Assembly (NCBI RefSeq): GCF_001194135.2
Contig: NC_068990.1
Coordinates: 55,279,263 to 55,316,999 of the forward strand
Source of the DNA: Octopus bimaculoides
Taxonomy: Eukaryota
Length of the DNA: 37,737 bases
Reading direction: 5' to 3'
Part shown: one piece after another, positions 1-11,942 of the stretch
Position numbering within the stretch: position 1 is the first letter of the stretch
Layout: each line of letters starts with the position of its first letter
Made by a program: the position numbers and the translations under genes
Notes under the pieces: model-generated
What the model was told of the DNA's origin: nothing
Seen by the model: the letters and a program-made list of their open reading frames with translations, nothing else
Databases searched by the model: none

Positions 1-29
1 TATTATTATTATTTATTGTTATTATTATT

Positions 30-294
30 TGTGGTGCGATGGAGGAAGAAGACAACAAGAAGCAAAAGGACAGAATGAAGTGTTGGACCTTACCTTGCCG
101 ACCGCAGCGGGGTACACGATCGCTCCTAATCAGAACACGTCTTTCTCGTAACGTCGCTGTTTTCTCACCGGCCCCACGTGCTAGCCTTCGACCGCGTGTC
201 GCCGACTTCCGATCTGACACTTCCGATCTGACCCTTCCGGTCTGGCCCTTCCGGTCTGGCTTCACCTCTGTTTGCCTCACCCCTCTCCACCACA
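30..294. mobile_element. Possible short solo LTR embedded in a (TAT)n microsatellite
   Basis: Terminal inverted heptamer TGTGGTG...CACCACA; GC-rich interior with about four 14-bp tandem units (CTTCCG(A/G)TCTG(A/G)C). No TSD seen. Confidence 0.4.
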
Positions 295-304
295 ACACAC
301 AGCT

Positions 305-328
305 CTATTATTATTATTATTATTATTA

Positions 329-364
<36 letters not shown>
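305..364. repeat. (TAT)n microsatellite (also 1-29)
   Basis: Direct reading. Confidence 0.95.
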
Positions 365-365
<1 letters not shown>

Positions 366-885
366 CTTCCTTTGTTATTTGTACTGCGGTCTCTTCTCTA
401 TTTACCTCTTAACTACATACCTATATGAAAGGTGAGGGATGAATAAATGAATGAAACACACCTTGAAAATGTTATTCCCGATGAAAGAAAAACGAAAGAA
501 AGAAACATCACAAAGATCAACAAGTCGTGTGGAAAACATGCTCATCTTTTCAATCTTTTACTTGTTTCGGCTGCTACGCTGAGTCATCGCCTTAAAGAGT
601 TTAGTGAAACAAATCGACTCCAATACTTATGCTTTTTCACATCCAGTACTTATTTTGATGGCCTCTTTTGCTAAGTTACGGAGACGCAAGCAAAAACAAA
701 CAGAATAAAAAAAACAGAGGTTGTCCAGCGGTGTGGGACACACATATTCAAACACAAAGACTCACGCATACACACACACATCATCATCATTGTTGTTTAA
801 TAACCATGTTCCATGCTGGTATGAGTTGTACAATTGGACAGAATCCGGTAGGCTTAAGGACCGCATCATGCTCCAGTTTCGCATG

Positions 886-943
886 CATACATACATACAT
901 ACATACATACATACATACATACATACATACATACATACATACA
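886..943. repeat. (CATA)n microsatellite
   Basis: Direct reading. Other simple repeats include (CGTG)n at 2644-2700, (TG)n at 6482-6524, and (AT)n/(AC)n flanking the 34195-35184 gap. Confidence 0.95.
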
Positions 944-3145
944 ATGGGCTTCCGCATAGTTTCTGTCAACAATTAAAAAAAAGAAAGCTCACTAAGCAGT
1001 GGCCGGTTCAGGGTGTAATGATTTATGCAGCATTTCGTAGAGAAGGCAAGCAGTTCTTTAGTGGGAAAGTCACCAAAATTGTAACGATTATGTGCACGTG
1101 CTTGCACGCTGACATTACCAAAAGCGTAACGTTTTATATGTAGCGAATAAATGATAGAGGATAAAATTATTATTAGTGATGAGATGTAACATACAACTGT
1201 TTGGTACACAGATTATTTGCCGTACTATTGTCCATTCGCCTTTTTTTGACCGGTCGCCAAACAACCAAGGAAGCAGAGCCAAACTTGGAAAGCTGGATAT
1301 GAGTCAGAGAACAATGGAAATTAGTGAGTTTATCTCTCTTGAACTGTATTTAGCCCAAGAATTTTCACTTTAACAGTAAAACTTAACTGTGTCAGTTGCC
1401 TCCTATAAGTTTCTAAGTGCAAAAGGCGAGAGCAGAAGGAAAAGAAACTAGTAGAAAAATTTAGGCTAGGTTTCGAATCTAGGAAGCTATTCTTTACAGG
1501 GGTTATAGTAGAAGACACCCAAGACACCAAGCGATGGGACTAAACACGAAACCGTGTGGTTGCAAAGACAACTTCTTAAACACACGACCATAATCAAATT
1601 GGTGATCTTACAGGAAGCTACATATACTGTGGTAGAAACAGAGAACGAAAGATATTTACTGCTCGTGGGGGAGATAATTGTTTCTAAGCATATCCATTTT
1701 TTGTCCTGTGAAGATTTTTTTTTTCAAAGGGTGAAAAGAGAAAGAGCATACATCTTATTGCATATAATTCTTTTTATTATTATTCTTTATTATCGCAGTA
1801 GCCATATATGATATTATTTCATCCTTTTTTGGAATCTTCAGCATGGCGCAACCAGAGACTTTCGAGTTATTTTATTTAACATTTGTAAACAAAAACCAAG
1901 GTTACAGTTAAGACGATCGATTTTTAAAAAACTTTTTATGACAGTGGAGACGAAGGAAGAGAGAAAGAGATAGGGAGAAAAACCACTTATGTGGTTTTAG
2001 TATATCTTGCATGTTTCTTCTTTTCTTTCTGTATATATCCATTATTAATTTGCCTTGCGTAATGGTCCTTTATGTAGCTACATTTACTGTTCTCACTGTA
2101 GTCCAAGACTTCTGTTTTACTCAGGTGCAAATGTGGAATTTCTGATTATATTCTCTTTTTTGCTTTGTTCATCGGGATGATTAAGAATCATAGTCTTTTA
2201 TCCAATCTCGCTATAACACTTTTGCCATGAATTTTATTGGACTGCATTTTGAATCTAGTCAGTTTCTCACACGTTGTGGTCTTACATAACTAGACTGTGC
2301 TTTAGAAAGCAATAACTATAGGCTTAACTTGTTTTCAATATAATCCAGCACTCCTCTAATTTCTTCTTAAATGAAAACTAATATAAAATCCTCGGTGAAT
2401 TACAGAGAGACTTGTTTTGTTTACATCAATTTTATAAGTTATTCAAAAATGAGAAGAAAGTGTCAGTCACCAACAGATTATTGAGGTCGATGTGACTGAT
2501 TCTCCAGGTTTACAGGTTTATATCCGCAACAAATGTCTGTTGCGAATACTTTCAAGAAAGTGAACACCTAAGGAACTCTGCACTGCACATACATAATAAA
2601 CCCTTCCAAATTTTGTCCCTTTCCACCCCATTAAGTTCACAATCGTGCGTGCGTGCGTGCGTGCATGCGTGCGTGCGTGCGTGCGTGCGTGCGTGTGCGT
2701 GAGTGAGTGTGCATGTATGTTACAGTGTTCATGTGCATATATATATATTTGTTGTGATATAAATTTTCCAATGGTTGAATAAGACTCNNNNNNNNNNNNN
2801 NNNNNNNNNNNNNNNNNNNNNNNNNNNNNNNNNNNNNNNNNNNNNNNNNNNNNNNNNNNNNNNNNNNNNNNNNNNNNNNNNNNNNNNNNNNNNNNNNNNN
2901 NNNNNNNNNNNNNNNNNNNNNNNNNNNNNNNNNNNNNNNNNNNNNNNNNNNNNNNNNNNNNNNNNNNNNNNNNNNNNNNNNNNNNNNNNNNNNNNNNNNN
3001 NNNNNNNNNNNNNNNNNNNNNNNNNNNNNNNNNNNNNNNNNNNNNNNNNNNNNNNNNNNNNNNNNNNNNNNNNNNNNNNNNNNNNNNNNNNNNNNNNNNN
3101 NNNNNNNNNNNNNNNNNNNNNNNNNNNNNNNNNNNNNNNNNNNNN

Positions 3146-4560
3146 CCCCCCCCCCAGTGCACAGCCGCGCACGTCACCTATCATCAGACAAACTTGCAAT
3201 CGCAAAGGCCGAGTTCAACAATATGGAGGCATTGAGCATAGTTGGCCGATCAAGCAGTCCCTGGTCATCACCCCTGCATGTAGCCCCCAAATTCAACGGA
3301 GGTTATCGACCCTGCGGAGATTACCGCCGTCTCAACGCGGATACGACACCTGACCGCTACTCCATTCCACCTATACAAGATTTTTCAGCCCAGCTAGCCG
3401 GGTACTCGGTTTTCTCCAAGGTTGACCTCATCCGGGGATACCACCAAATACCAGTACAAGACGACGATGTGCCGAAAACCGCTGTGATCACTCCTTTCGG
3501 TCTGTACAAATTCCTACGTACACCTTTTGAGCTGAAAAACGCAGCACAATCCTTCCAACGCCTGATAGACACTGTGTGCAGAGGTCTTGATTTTTGTCTT
3601 TGCATATTTAGATGACATCCTTATTTCAAGCCCAAACGCAGAGCTACATAAGAAGCGCCTAGTGACTCTTTTTGATAAGCTGGAACAGTATGGTTTAGTA
3701 ACCAACCCCACCAAGTGCGTTTTTGGTGCAACAGAAATCGACTTCTTGGGACATCGAGTCACAAGTGCTGGCGCTACACCCCTGCCAGAAAAAGTAAAAG
3801 CTATCCTATCCTTTCCACGCCCCACCACAAGCAAGGCTCTACCTTAATTCGTGGGCATGGTAAACTTTTACCATCGCTTCATCCCTTCTGCTACAAAAGT
3901 GATGACACCCCTATACAAAGCACTGTCAAAAGATGGTTTAAAAAGACAGGTGAAGAGGGATAGTACAATGACTTCAGCCTTCGAATCCACAAAACAAGTC
4001 CTGGCCCAAGCAACCATGCTGTCCCATCCTCACATGTCAGCTTAGACTGCATTCACGGTTGACCCATCCGACACAGCTATTGGGGACGTTTTGGAACAAC
4101 ACATCAACAGTCAGTGGCGATCGCTCGCCTTCTTCAACTAACAACTACGACTCCCTGCACAGAAATACAGTGCTTTTAACAGGGAACTACTGGCTGTCCA
4201 TCTAGGTGTCCGCCACTTTCGGTAGTTCCTTGAAGGCCGCTCGTTTACAGTATTCACGGATCACAAATTACTCACCTTTGCTATGAGCAAGCTCTTGGAG
4301 CCTTGGTCTGCACGCCAGTTACGACAGTTATCGGCAATTTCTGAGTACACCACAGACATCCAACACATAGCCGGCAAGGGAAACCCACTTGCCGACGCAC
4401 TCTCTCGTGATCCTACCCGCTCTCACATCTACCTCGCACCAATAACGGAAGGCTTGGTTTACGAAGCTATGGCTGCAACCCAACAGACAAATGACGAGAT
4501 CAGAACGTTAAAACGAATGAAATGCCACTGAGCATTTTGTCTGACGTTCTCACGATTCTG
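3146..4560 (+). mobile_element. Decayed Ty3/Gypsy LTR-retrotransposon pol fragment (RT + RNase H)
   Basis: RT motifs SPWSSPLHV, YRPCGDYRRLN, FSKVDLIRGYHQIP, KTAVITPFGLY and YLDDILIS; RNase H motifs RELLAV, FTVFTDHKLL and GKGNPLADALSR. Frameshifts near 3600 and 3845 plus in-frame stops. The left end is lost in an N gap; there is no integrase before the Helitron. Confidence 0.95.
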
Positions 4561-4602
4561 TCATCTTGCCGCTTCACTAATGCATGAGATATTTTCAGTA
4601 AA

Positions 4603-5555
4603 TCTATACTATATATAAAACAGAGATGTGTGTGTAATCGCTTTTCACGGGAAATCGACTTCACCAAATGCTTCCATACTTGTGATGCGTGAATAATTTG
4701 ACCTCGGATAAATCTTAGGCTCTTCATTTGATTTTTTTAATTAAAAATAAATAATATTGCTTTATATTTAAGATTCACTTCTTTAAAAGGTTCCTCAATG
4801 TCAACTTCCGGTATTGACATAACCGCAAAAAGCTTCACTCTCTATTTTGTGTGTGAGTGTGGGTTCGTGTGTATGAGAGAGAGAGAGAGTAAATACTACA
4901 TACACACTGCTCTCTCACTCTGTCTCACACACATACACACGCGCACACACACCCCTTGACTCACTCACACTGTCTCTTACAAACACACACATACATAAAT
5001 GTATACAAACATATTTACAAAGTCACACGTGTGTATGCGCGCGCGTGCGTGTTTGTAAGACACACAGTGTGAGTGAGTCAAGGGCTGTGTTGTCATATGC
5101 ATACATCCAAAGATGTATGTATATTTTGCATGTACGTATACATGACAACAAACCTCTCTCTCTCACTCACACTCTGTCTCTTACAAACACACACATACAT
5201 AAATGTATACAAACATATTTACAAAGTCACACGTGTGTATGCGCGCGCGTGCGTGCGTGCGTGGGGGGTTCCACAATCGCCATTTATTTCAATTACTCTT
5301 GTGAGGATATTCACGTAAATCATTTTTTTTCATTTAATCCCCATTTTAATTTTCGTAAAAGTTTCCAGGTACCAATGAGGCTTTTTGGCACATCTTCAAT
5401 TTTCCCCATTCATGAGAGGCGCCCAGCCATCATTCATCTGAGAGTCCATCTACAGAATGTCCTCTCAAATTTCTATACAGCATATTTGCCTTTTTTTTTC
5501 TTCAAGTATATAAGCAACAATTTCATTCCCGAGCAACGCCGGGTGCCTTTGCTAG
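4603..5555 (+). mobile_element. Non-autonomous Helitron (about 950 bp)
   Basis: 5' end TCTATACTATATATAAAA at 4603. The 3' end has the hairpin CCCGAGCAACGCCGGG (5528-5543) followed by CTAG (5552-5555). It is inserted between A (4602) and T (5556) with no TSD, all canonical Helitron hallmarks. Confidence 0.8.
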
Positions 5556-5567
5556 TATTCTAAATAG

Positions 5568-5950
5568 CTGTGTGAGTAAGATACTTGCTTCACAATCATG
5601 GATGTCTTGGGTTCAGCCCTACTATGTGACATCATGGGTATGCGTTTTCTACAATAATCTTGGGCCGACCAAATCCTTGTAAATGGATTTGGTAGACGGA
5701 AACTGAAGGAAACCCATCGACTCTGTGTGTGTGTGTGCGTGTGGTATGTATCTATGTGTGCGTGTCTTTCTGTTAGTGTTTGTCCTCGGTCACCGTTTCA
5801 CAACCGTTGTCGATTTGTTAACGTTCCTGCAACTTGACGGTTCCGCTAAGAGACCAATAGGATAAGTACCAAACTTTTTCAAAAGTCCATTTGTTCGACT
5901 TGGTGGTACTGCAGCATAGCAGCTATCAAATAACAGAAACAAGTTAAGGA
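5568..5950 (+). mobile_element. Diverged tRNA-derived SINE with CORE-like segment and internal (TG)n
   Basis: Head GCTGTGTGAGTAAG...GGGTTCAGCCC; GGATTTGGTAGACGGAAACTGAA..CCC; tail ..CAGAAACAAG. Homologous copies lie at about 548-780 (-), 18815-19010 (-), 23395-23765 (-) and 37575-37737 (+). Confidence 0.75.
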
Positions 5951-6479
5951 TAAACGCTCGATGTGAAAGAGATGGATTTCATAATACACACAGCGTTTTT
6001 AGTTTCATCACAAAATCAGTTTCCTTTCTAAAGATGTCGAAATATCTGTAAATGAGGAGATAAAGTCTTCGATTTTAAGTGATATTATACGATACTGATA
6101 ACATCTAAAATAATAATAATAATATTAATAAAGTGCTTCTTCGGACCTTCGGTAATATCGCCCCATCAACAAGAGTTCACTTTCTTTACAAGCAAATTAC
6201 ATCTCGAGCTGCGAATGCGTCTCGTCCTAAAAAAGGCAAGGGAAGTAACTCTTACATTTAAACGGTTATTTGACACGCACGTACATACACAGATACACAT
6301 ACGTCATTTTCATGTATGTACACGCAACTTCTGTATGTATGATCATCTATGAGTTCCAGTCATTTGATAGCAACCATGTAGACGCTCCAGATTTGACTCC
6401 CTTCTTTTTTAACCGCTGCAGAATTTTGTTACATTTTCTATCGTCATGATAAGCCATCTACCACTCTCTCCCTCTCTCT

Positions 6480-6524
<45 letters not shown>

Positions 6525-7671
6525 NNNNNNNNNNNNNNNNNNNNNNNNNNNNNNNNNNNNNNNNNNNNNNNNNNNNNNNNNNNNNNNNNNNNNNNNNNNN
6601 NNNNNNNNNNNNNNNNNNNNNNNNNNNNNNNNNNNNNNNNNNNNNNNNNNNNNNNNNNNNNNNNNNNNNNNNNNNNNNNNNNNNNNNNNNNNNNNNNNNN
6701 NNNNNNNNNNNNNNNNNNNNNNNNNNNNNNNNNNNNNNNNNNNNNNNNNNNNNNNNNNNNNNNNNNNNNNNNNNNGAGTGAAACAAGTAAAAGATAAAAA
6801 GCTAATAGCTAGAATTCTTCTAGATTAGGTCTGACGAAGAGCTAAATCAATAGCCATGACTTTGACTAGCATATCAGTGCAAGGGAGAGTACTTCTTACT
6901 GAAAAGCATGCAAACTCAGTTTTCTAAATAAATGAAAATTAAATATTAATTTTAAAATTGACCTTCAATTCTAAAAAGTGGGTACAGAAGAACCCTAGAA
7001 TTCTGTGAAAAAATTGTAGCTCTTTACATGTAGGTTATTTACCAAAACAGTTCTTGTGTCAATCCGTTATTCTGGTTTTCAAATAAGAGAAAGAGGTCTG
7101 TTGCAGTTAACTATCGCCTTACCTCATTCACTTTCCACATCCTCTAAGTTAGTGTTTTCCAGCCAGGGGTGCAAGACAGCATTATAGAGAAGTGCGTGTG
7201 TCCAGCCTTGCAGCCAGGCACTTAATTTGTATAATACTCTCCGGTGATTTCTCTGTTTTCTCTTGCAACAAATTGAAAGAGAAAACGTAAATATTTTGTC
7301 AAGAAAAGGGGAAATATATCGTGATATCTGGCTGCCTCCAGAAGAATACGCTAACAAATCGATTTGCAACCAACAACAGCAAAGTGCCAAAAACGATAAT
7401 CGTGAAAGTACAGCATATGGGACGCCTTTGATCACACATGCTTGAGAAAATTATATTAACAAAGCGATTTGCAAATAACTTTCAGTCGTGAATATTGTTT
7501 CACGACAGTTTTTAAATTTATTTACCTAAACGGCTGATTGCGATAACTTTATCTGTTCCTTTTGTGAAAAAGGCATCTTTATTAAAAACTTATGAATTAT
7601 GGAAATATATGAAGTAGATGTGGAATTAACGTTGTGATAACAATTAGAGTATTATATAATTGTAAGTAACA

Positions 7672-9860
7672 TAGCGCTTTTTAACCATTTTTTGTGGGTT
7701 CAGATTAAGTTAGTCTAGCCTAGCTTAAAGCCTACAGTTAGATTAGGGAATTGGAAGCCATCAGCTGTCGCTGTGGTTATGCATGTGTTCCCAGTTTTGT
7801 TTTTTTATTAATAGTATTATTATTACACTTATTCTTGGATTTAATGGTATTACTGTCAGTGCGTTAGGTTCCCCGTTTCTCTTCCAGTCAACCTTATCCA
7901 TATTTTTATTTCTTTTTCAGATAATAATTTAATCATATTAACCTTTCATCATGTCAAAAGAAAAAGGAAATGGAATGATGCCTATGTGCCTTTTGGTTTC
8001 ACTTGCACGAGAAAAACTGAAGATTTGCAAAAGCCATAGTGCATGCTTTGCAATACTATGTTTTTCCAACGCAAATTTGAAGCTGTCTAAGTTACAAGAA
8101 TATTTCAACAACCAGTATGGTGGAGCCGATGCTGTAGGCCATGATGCTGAATCGTCGAAAGCTAGAAGAACCCGTTTTGATTCTCGAGCAACCCTTCCAA
8201 AATTAGGTTTTGTATTTGTTGGCAAACCACCTCTGATGGTTTCATACCAAGTAGCGTATAAAGTAACCAAGTTCAAGTAGCCTCTTACAATTTCAGAAGA
8301 GTTTATCAAACCATGTGCATCAGAAATGGCAACAATTATTCTGAGAAAAGAAGCAAGAAAGAAGCTGGAATTGGTGCCGCCATCAAATAATGTTATTCAG
8401 AGCCGAATTGATGATTACAGTTCAGATATTTTGGAACAAGTAATCTCATTTATCAAGTTTAGTCCCTTGTAAATCTCTCTTCAGTTGGACGAAACAAATG
8501 ATGTTTCAAGTGGCTATCAACTCATCGCATTCGTGAGGTATATCCATGATGGTGCCATAAAGGTAGATTTCCTCTTCTGTGAAGATCTGAAAACAACCTC
8601 GAAAGATGTGTTCCAGTCTGTGAAAAACTTCTTTTTTAAAGCATGATTTAGGTATCCAAATTATTGGCTCTGTGTATACTGACGGTACCCCTGCTATGCT
8701 AGGAAATAAATCTGGATTTTTTTGGCACTGATGAAACGGGAGATTACGCACTTGCAAGACACCCACTGTTTCCTTCATCGTCATGCTTTGGAGTCGAAAA
8801 CATTGCCTCCAAAGTTGAAGGAAGTCCTCAACACTTCTATAAAGACCATCAACTGGAAGATCTTGGAAATTAACATAGTTTTGCTTTTCCACACAGAAGT
8901 CCGCTGACTTTCACGTGGGCGAGCTTTAACTCGCTCCTTCGAACTGCGAGAAGAAATCAAAGCTTTTCTGGAGAAACGTGACTATGATTTGCTCGGAGAA
9001 TTGGAATCACAAAAATTCAACCAAATGCTAGCTTATATGACAGACATTTTCAGTCGTATGAATGATCTGAGTTTATCACTTCAAGGAAAAAAAATAAACA
9101 TATTAAAATGTTGCGAAAAGTTAAATGCTTTGGTATCGACGAGCAAAAAAATCTTTAAATTTTCCATCACTTGAAGAAATGGTCGATGGTAATGAATCGT
9201 TTGATGGATATTTTGTTGCAGGAAAACTGGAAATTCTGAAGAATGGATTCTGAATCCATACTCTTTCAAATTGAATAATATGTCGAACGATGGAGAGCTG
9301 CGTGCAAATGGTGTTCTTGAAATGCAATTTGAAAGTAAGACTTTGGAAGAGTATTGGTGTTCGGCTATGGATACGTTTCCAAAAAAGCAGTAGTTGCACT
9401 CATCCCATTTCAACCACACATTCATGTGGATCTGGATTTAGTGCTCCTTTGTCAATCAAGACAAAATCTAGAAATTGCTTGAATGCACAGGCAGACATGC
9501 AGATTGCTATCAGCAACATAGTGAGACGTTTCGAAGAACTCATAACCAAGAAACAGAAACAAAAGAGTAATTAATTTTAAACTCATTTATGAACGTTTGA
9601 GTGTTAGTTCTTTCGATTTTTCATTTTGTAAAAATAAAATTTGTTATAAGATATATTTTAATATCTTATATATTATCTTGACCATATGTTTCGTTTTTGA
9701 TAACATTATTGAAAAATTAGATAATATAAAATATGTTGCTCAAATTTAGTATAAGTTTACTTTCTTTATCATTAAATAAATTATTGATTTTTTAAGAGAT
9801 GCAAAGACATCGTAAAAATTTTTTATAGGTGCGGACACAACAAAAGGTTGAGAACCGCTA
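7672..9860 (+). mobile_element. Decayed hAT (Buster/Charlie-type) DNA transposon
   Basis: Right TIR GGTTGAGAACCGCTA (9846-9860) and a degenerate left TIR TAGCGCTTTTTAACC (7672). Both 8-bp flanks fit nnnTAnnn (AAGTAACA and CTCTAAAG) but are not identical. Encloses a transposase pseudogene. Confidence 0.75.
7951..9573 (+). pseudogene. Buster-type hAT transposase pseudogene (ZBED5/ZBED8/SCAND3/FAM200-like)
   Basis: Motifs SYQVAYKV..K*PLTISEEFIKPC, LQLDETNDVS..QLIAFVRY, YTDGTPAMLG, THCFLHRHAL (CxxH), HTEVR*LSRG and LAYMTDIFSRMNDLSLSLQG. Multiple stops, frameshifts and deletions. Confidence 0.92.
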
Positions 9861-10339
9861 CTCTAAAGTGTTTGAACGAGTGGTGAGATGAAAGAAAACT
9901 GCATTCCTAAAGAGTGACAATTTTCTACTACAAATTATCAAATCAGTTTAATTGCCTTGGGTCAATTGCATAAAGTCAAAGAAATGAGAAACTATTAGTT
10001 TGCTACGAGGAGAAAATAATTTGTTAATTACTTTCGAAGAAATTGGTGATACTTAAATGAGTTCCATCTGTGACCATCCTGTCTTAATTTCAGATAATAT
10101 ATCCAAGATTACAATATCCAATACATATTTCCTTTTATTTAAGATGGGTTGTTGTGGGTTATTTAGCTATTATTTCTAGCGGGTCGAGTAAGGCCTCCGT
10201 CGTTGGTTGATCAAGGAAGACTACAGTGTTTCTGACGAAGGATGTGGTGCTTGAATTAAAAGAGTAGTCATTCGACATGCTAGAAATAGCAACCAAATTT
10301 CGCGAACTACTCATCGTCTTATAAGAAAGGAAGAACACA

Positions 10340-10892
10340 TTTGATAATGCATAATAGAAGATTGTCACTCACTAGGAAGGCAATTTTCCTTCATCTCACC
10401 ACTCGTTCAAACACTTAGAATAGCGGTTCGCAACCTCTTATTATGCCCGCACCCCTAAAAAATTTTTACAATGTTTTTGCACCCCTTAAAAAATTAATAA
10501 TTTATTTAACGATAAAGAAGGTGAACTAACACTAAATTTGAGGAACATATTTCATATTATCACATTTTTTAAAAAATTATGTTAACAAAAATGAAAGATG
10601 GTCAAGAAAATATATAACAAATTAAAATAAATCTTATAACAAATTTTATAAGAACTAACGCTCAAACGTTCATAAAACTGCGTACAAATCGTGTTCTTGA
10701 AATGCAATTTGAAAGCAAGACTTTGGAAGAGTATTGATGTTCGGCTATGAATATGTTTCCAAGAATTTGTGACAAAAGCAATGGCTTCACTCATCCTATT
10801 TGCGCCGACATACTTATGTCAGGATCTAGTATTCTTTGTCAATCAAGACAAAACCTAGAAATCGGTTGAATGCACAGGCAGACATGCAGATT
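10340..10892. mobile_element. Composite partial copy of the hAT element
   Basis: 10340-10677 is an inverted copy of about 9586-9943 (3' end, TIR TAGCGGTTCGCAACC at 10421, and about 80 bp of flank). 10678-10892 is a direct copy of internal transposase sequence at about 9298-9502. Confidence 0.85.
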
Positions 10893-11502
10893 CAGATTAT
10901 AACTGAAACCGCCACTACAGCCTCAACGTAAGGATTCGATTTGTTAAATGTAGCAATCAAATCTCCCTCAAATAATATCCTAGTCTTTTAAAAGGCAAGG
11001 AGACATTGGTTAATGTAGTCCTTGATATACAGTGTCTGAACAGAATTGGAGGTATGGCAACACCTTTGATCATGCTCAATTAGGGATGACACGGTGCTAA
11101 ACATGAGATTGTTCCCATGTAAAACTCATTAAAAGCAACTTAAAAAAGTAGCGTGTTGTGATTTTTCAAAAAGCTCAAAAATGAAAATTCGGTTCTAGCA
11201 TGACAATTGAATAGTACTCAGTTGTATTTATAGATTATGGGGCGTCCTATGGGACGACCTAGATGAGATGAGAGATATATAGATTAAAAAATTTAAGATT
11301 TTCAAGTAGTAGGCAGTCCTACTTATAAGTAATAGCACGCAATCCTGATAAGTAGAGTAATCTAGCAACTCTGGTTGAAAAATGTTTCACTATGTAAGGG
11401 AAATAACTCATTTCAAAAGAATTGTTTTTCAGTCAGTCGAAGAAAGCTTGCAGTGGAGGTTGGATCACCGTAAAAAGGAAGCATAGCCACATACTATGTC
11501 AC

Positions 11503-11942
11503 GGTAATCTTCTAGTTTAGGGAGGGAAAAAAAGTAAATAAAAATACAAGGGAAATAATTTAACGTCTTACTAGTATTATTCGCACTCTCCCCACCCCAC
11601 CCGTTCGCGAGCGCGCATTTTTTTCTTCATATTCGTTCACATCAAGTTGTTTTACAACTATTACACTAATTTTTTAAAATTTATTTTTGAGCTCGGGTCA
11701 AACATTTTAGTTTGACCGTTATTTCCCTATACTGGAAGAATACCATAAGTTGGTGTGCAACCGATACTATGATATTCAATCACGTGTGTGATTTATATAT
11801 AAACAGTTAACTTCAATCACGTGTGTGATTTATTTATAAACAGCTAAAAAAAAAAACATTTCAGAGTAGTACGGATAATACTAGTAAGACGTTAAGTTAT
11901 TTCCCTTGTATTTTATTTACTCCCCTAAACTGGAAGATTACC
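11503..11942. mobile_element. MITE with long TIRs and 9-bp TSD (Mutator/MULE-like)
   Basis: About 75-bp TIRs (GGTAATCTTCTAGTTTAGGG...CTTACTAGTATTATTCG versus its reverse complement ending GAAGATTACC). Flanks are CTATGTCAC (11494-11502) and CCATGTCAC (11943-11951). Contains an internal tandem duplication near 11775-11843. Confidence 0.8.

Noticed and set aside
1000-1060. QGVMIYAAF resembling Tc1 GGSVMVWG
   Set aside because: A single weak motif, with no DDE motifs or TIRs.
39-1143. ORFs with poly-Tyr, HTYI or MYVC repeats
   Set aside because: These are translations of (TAT)n and (CATA)n microsatellites; no coding evidence.
6825-6900. Hammerhead-like core CTGACGA
   Set aside because: No properly placed GAAA(C) core or stems I-III were found.
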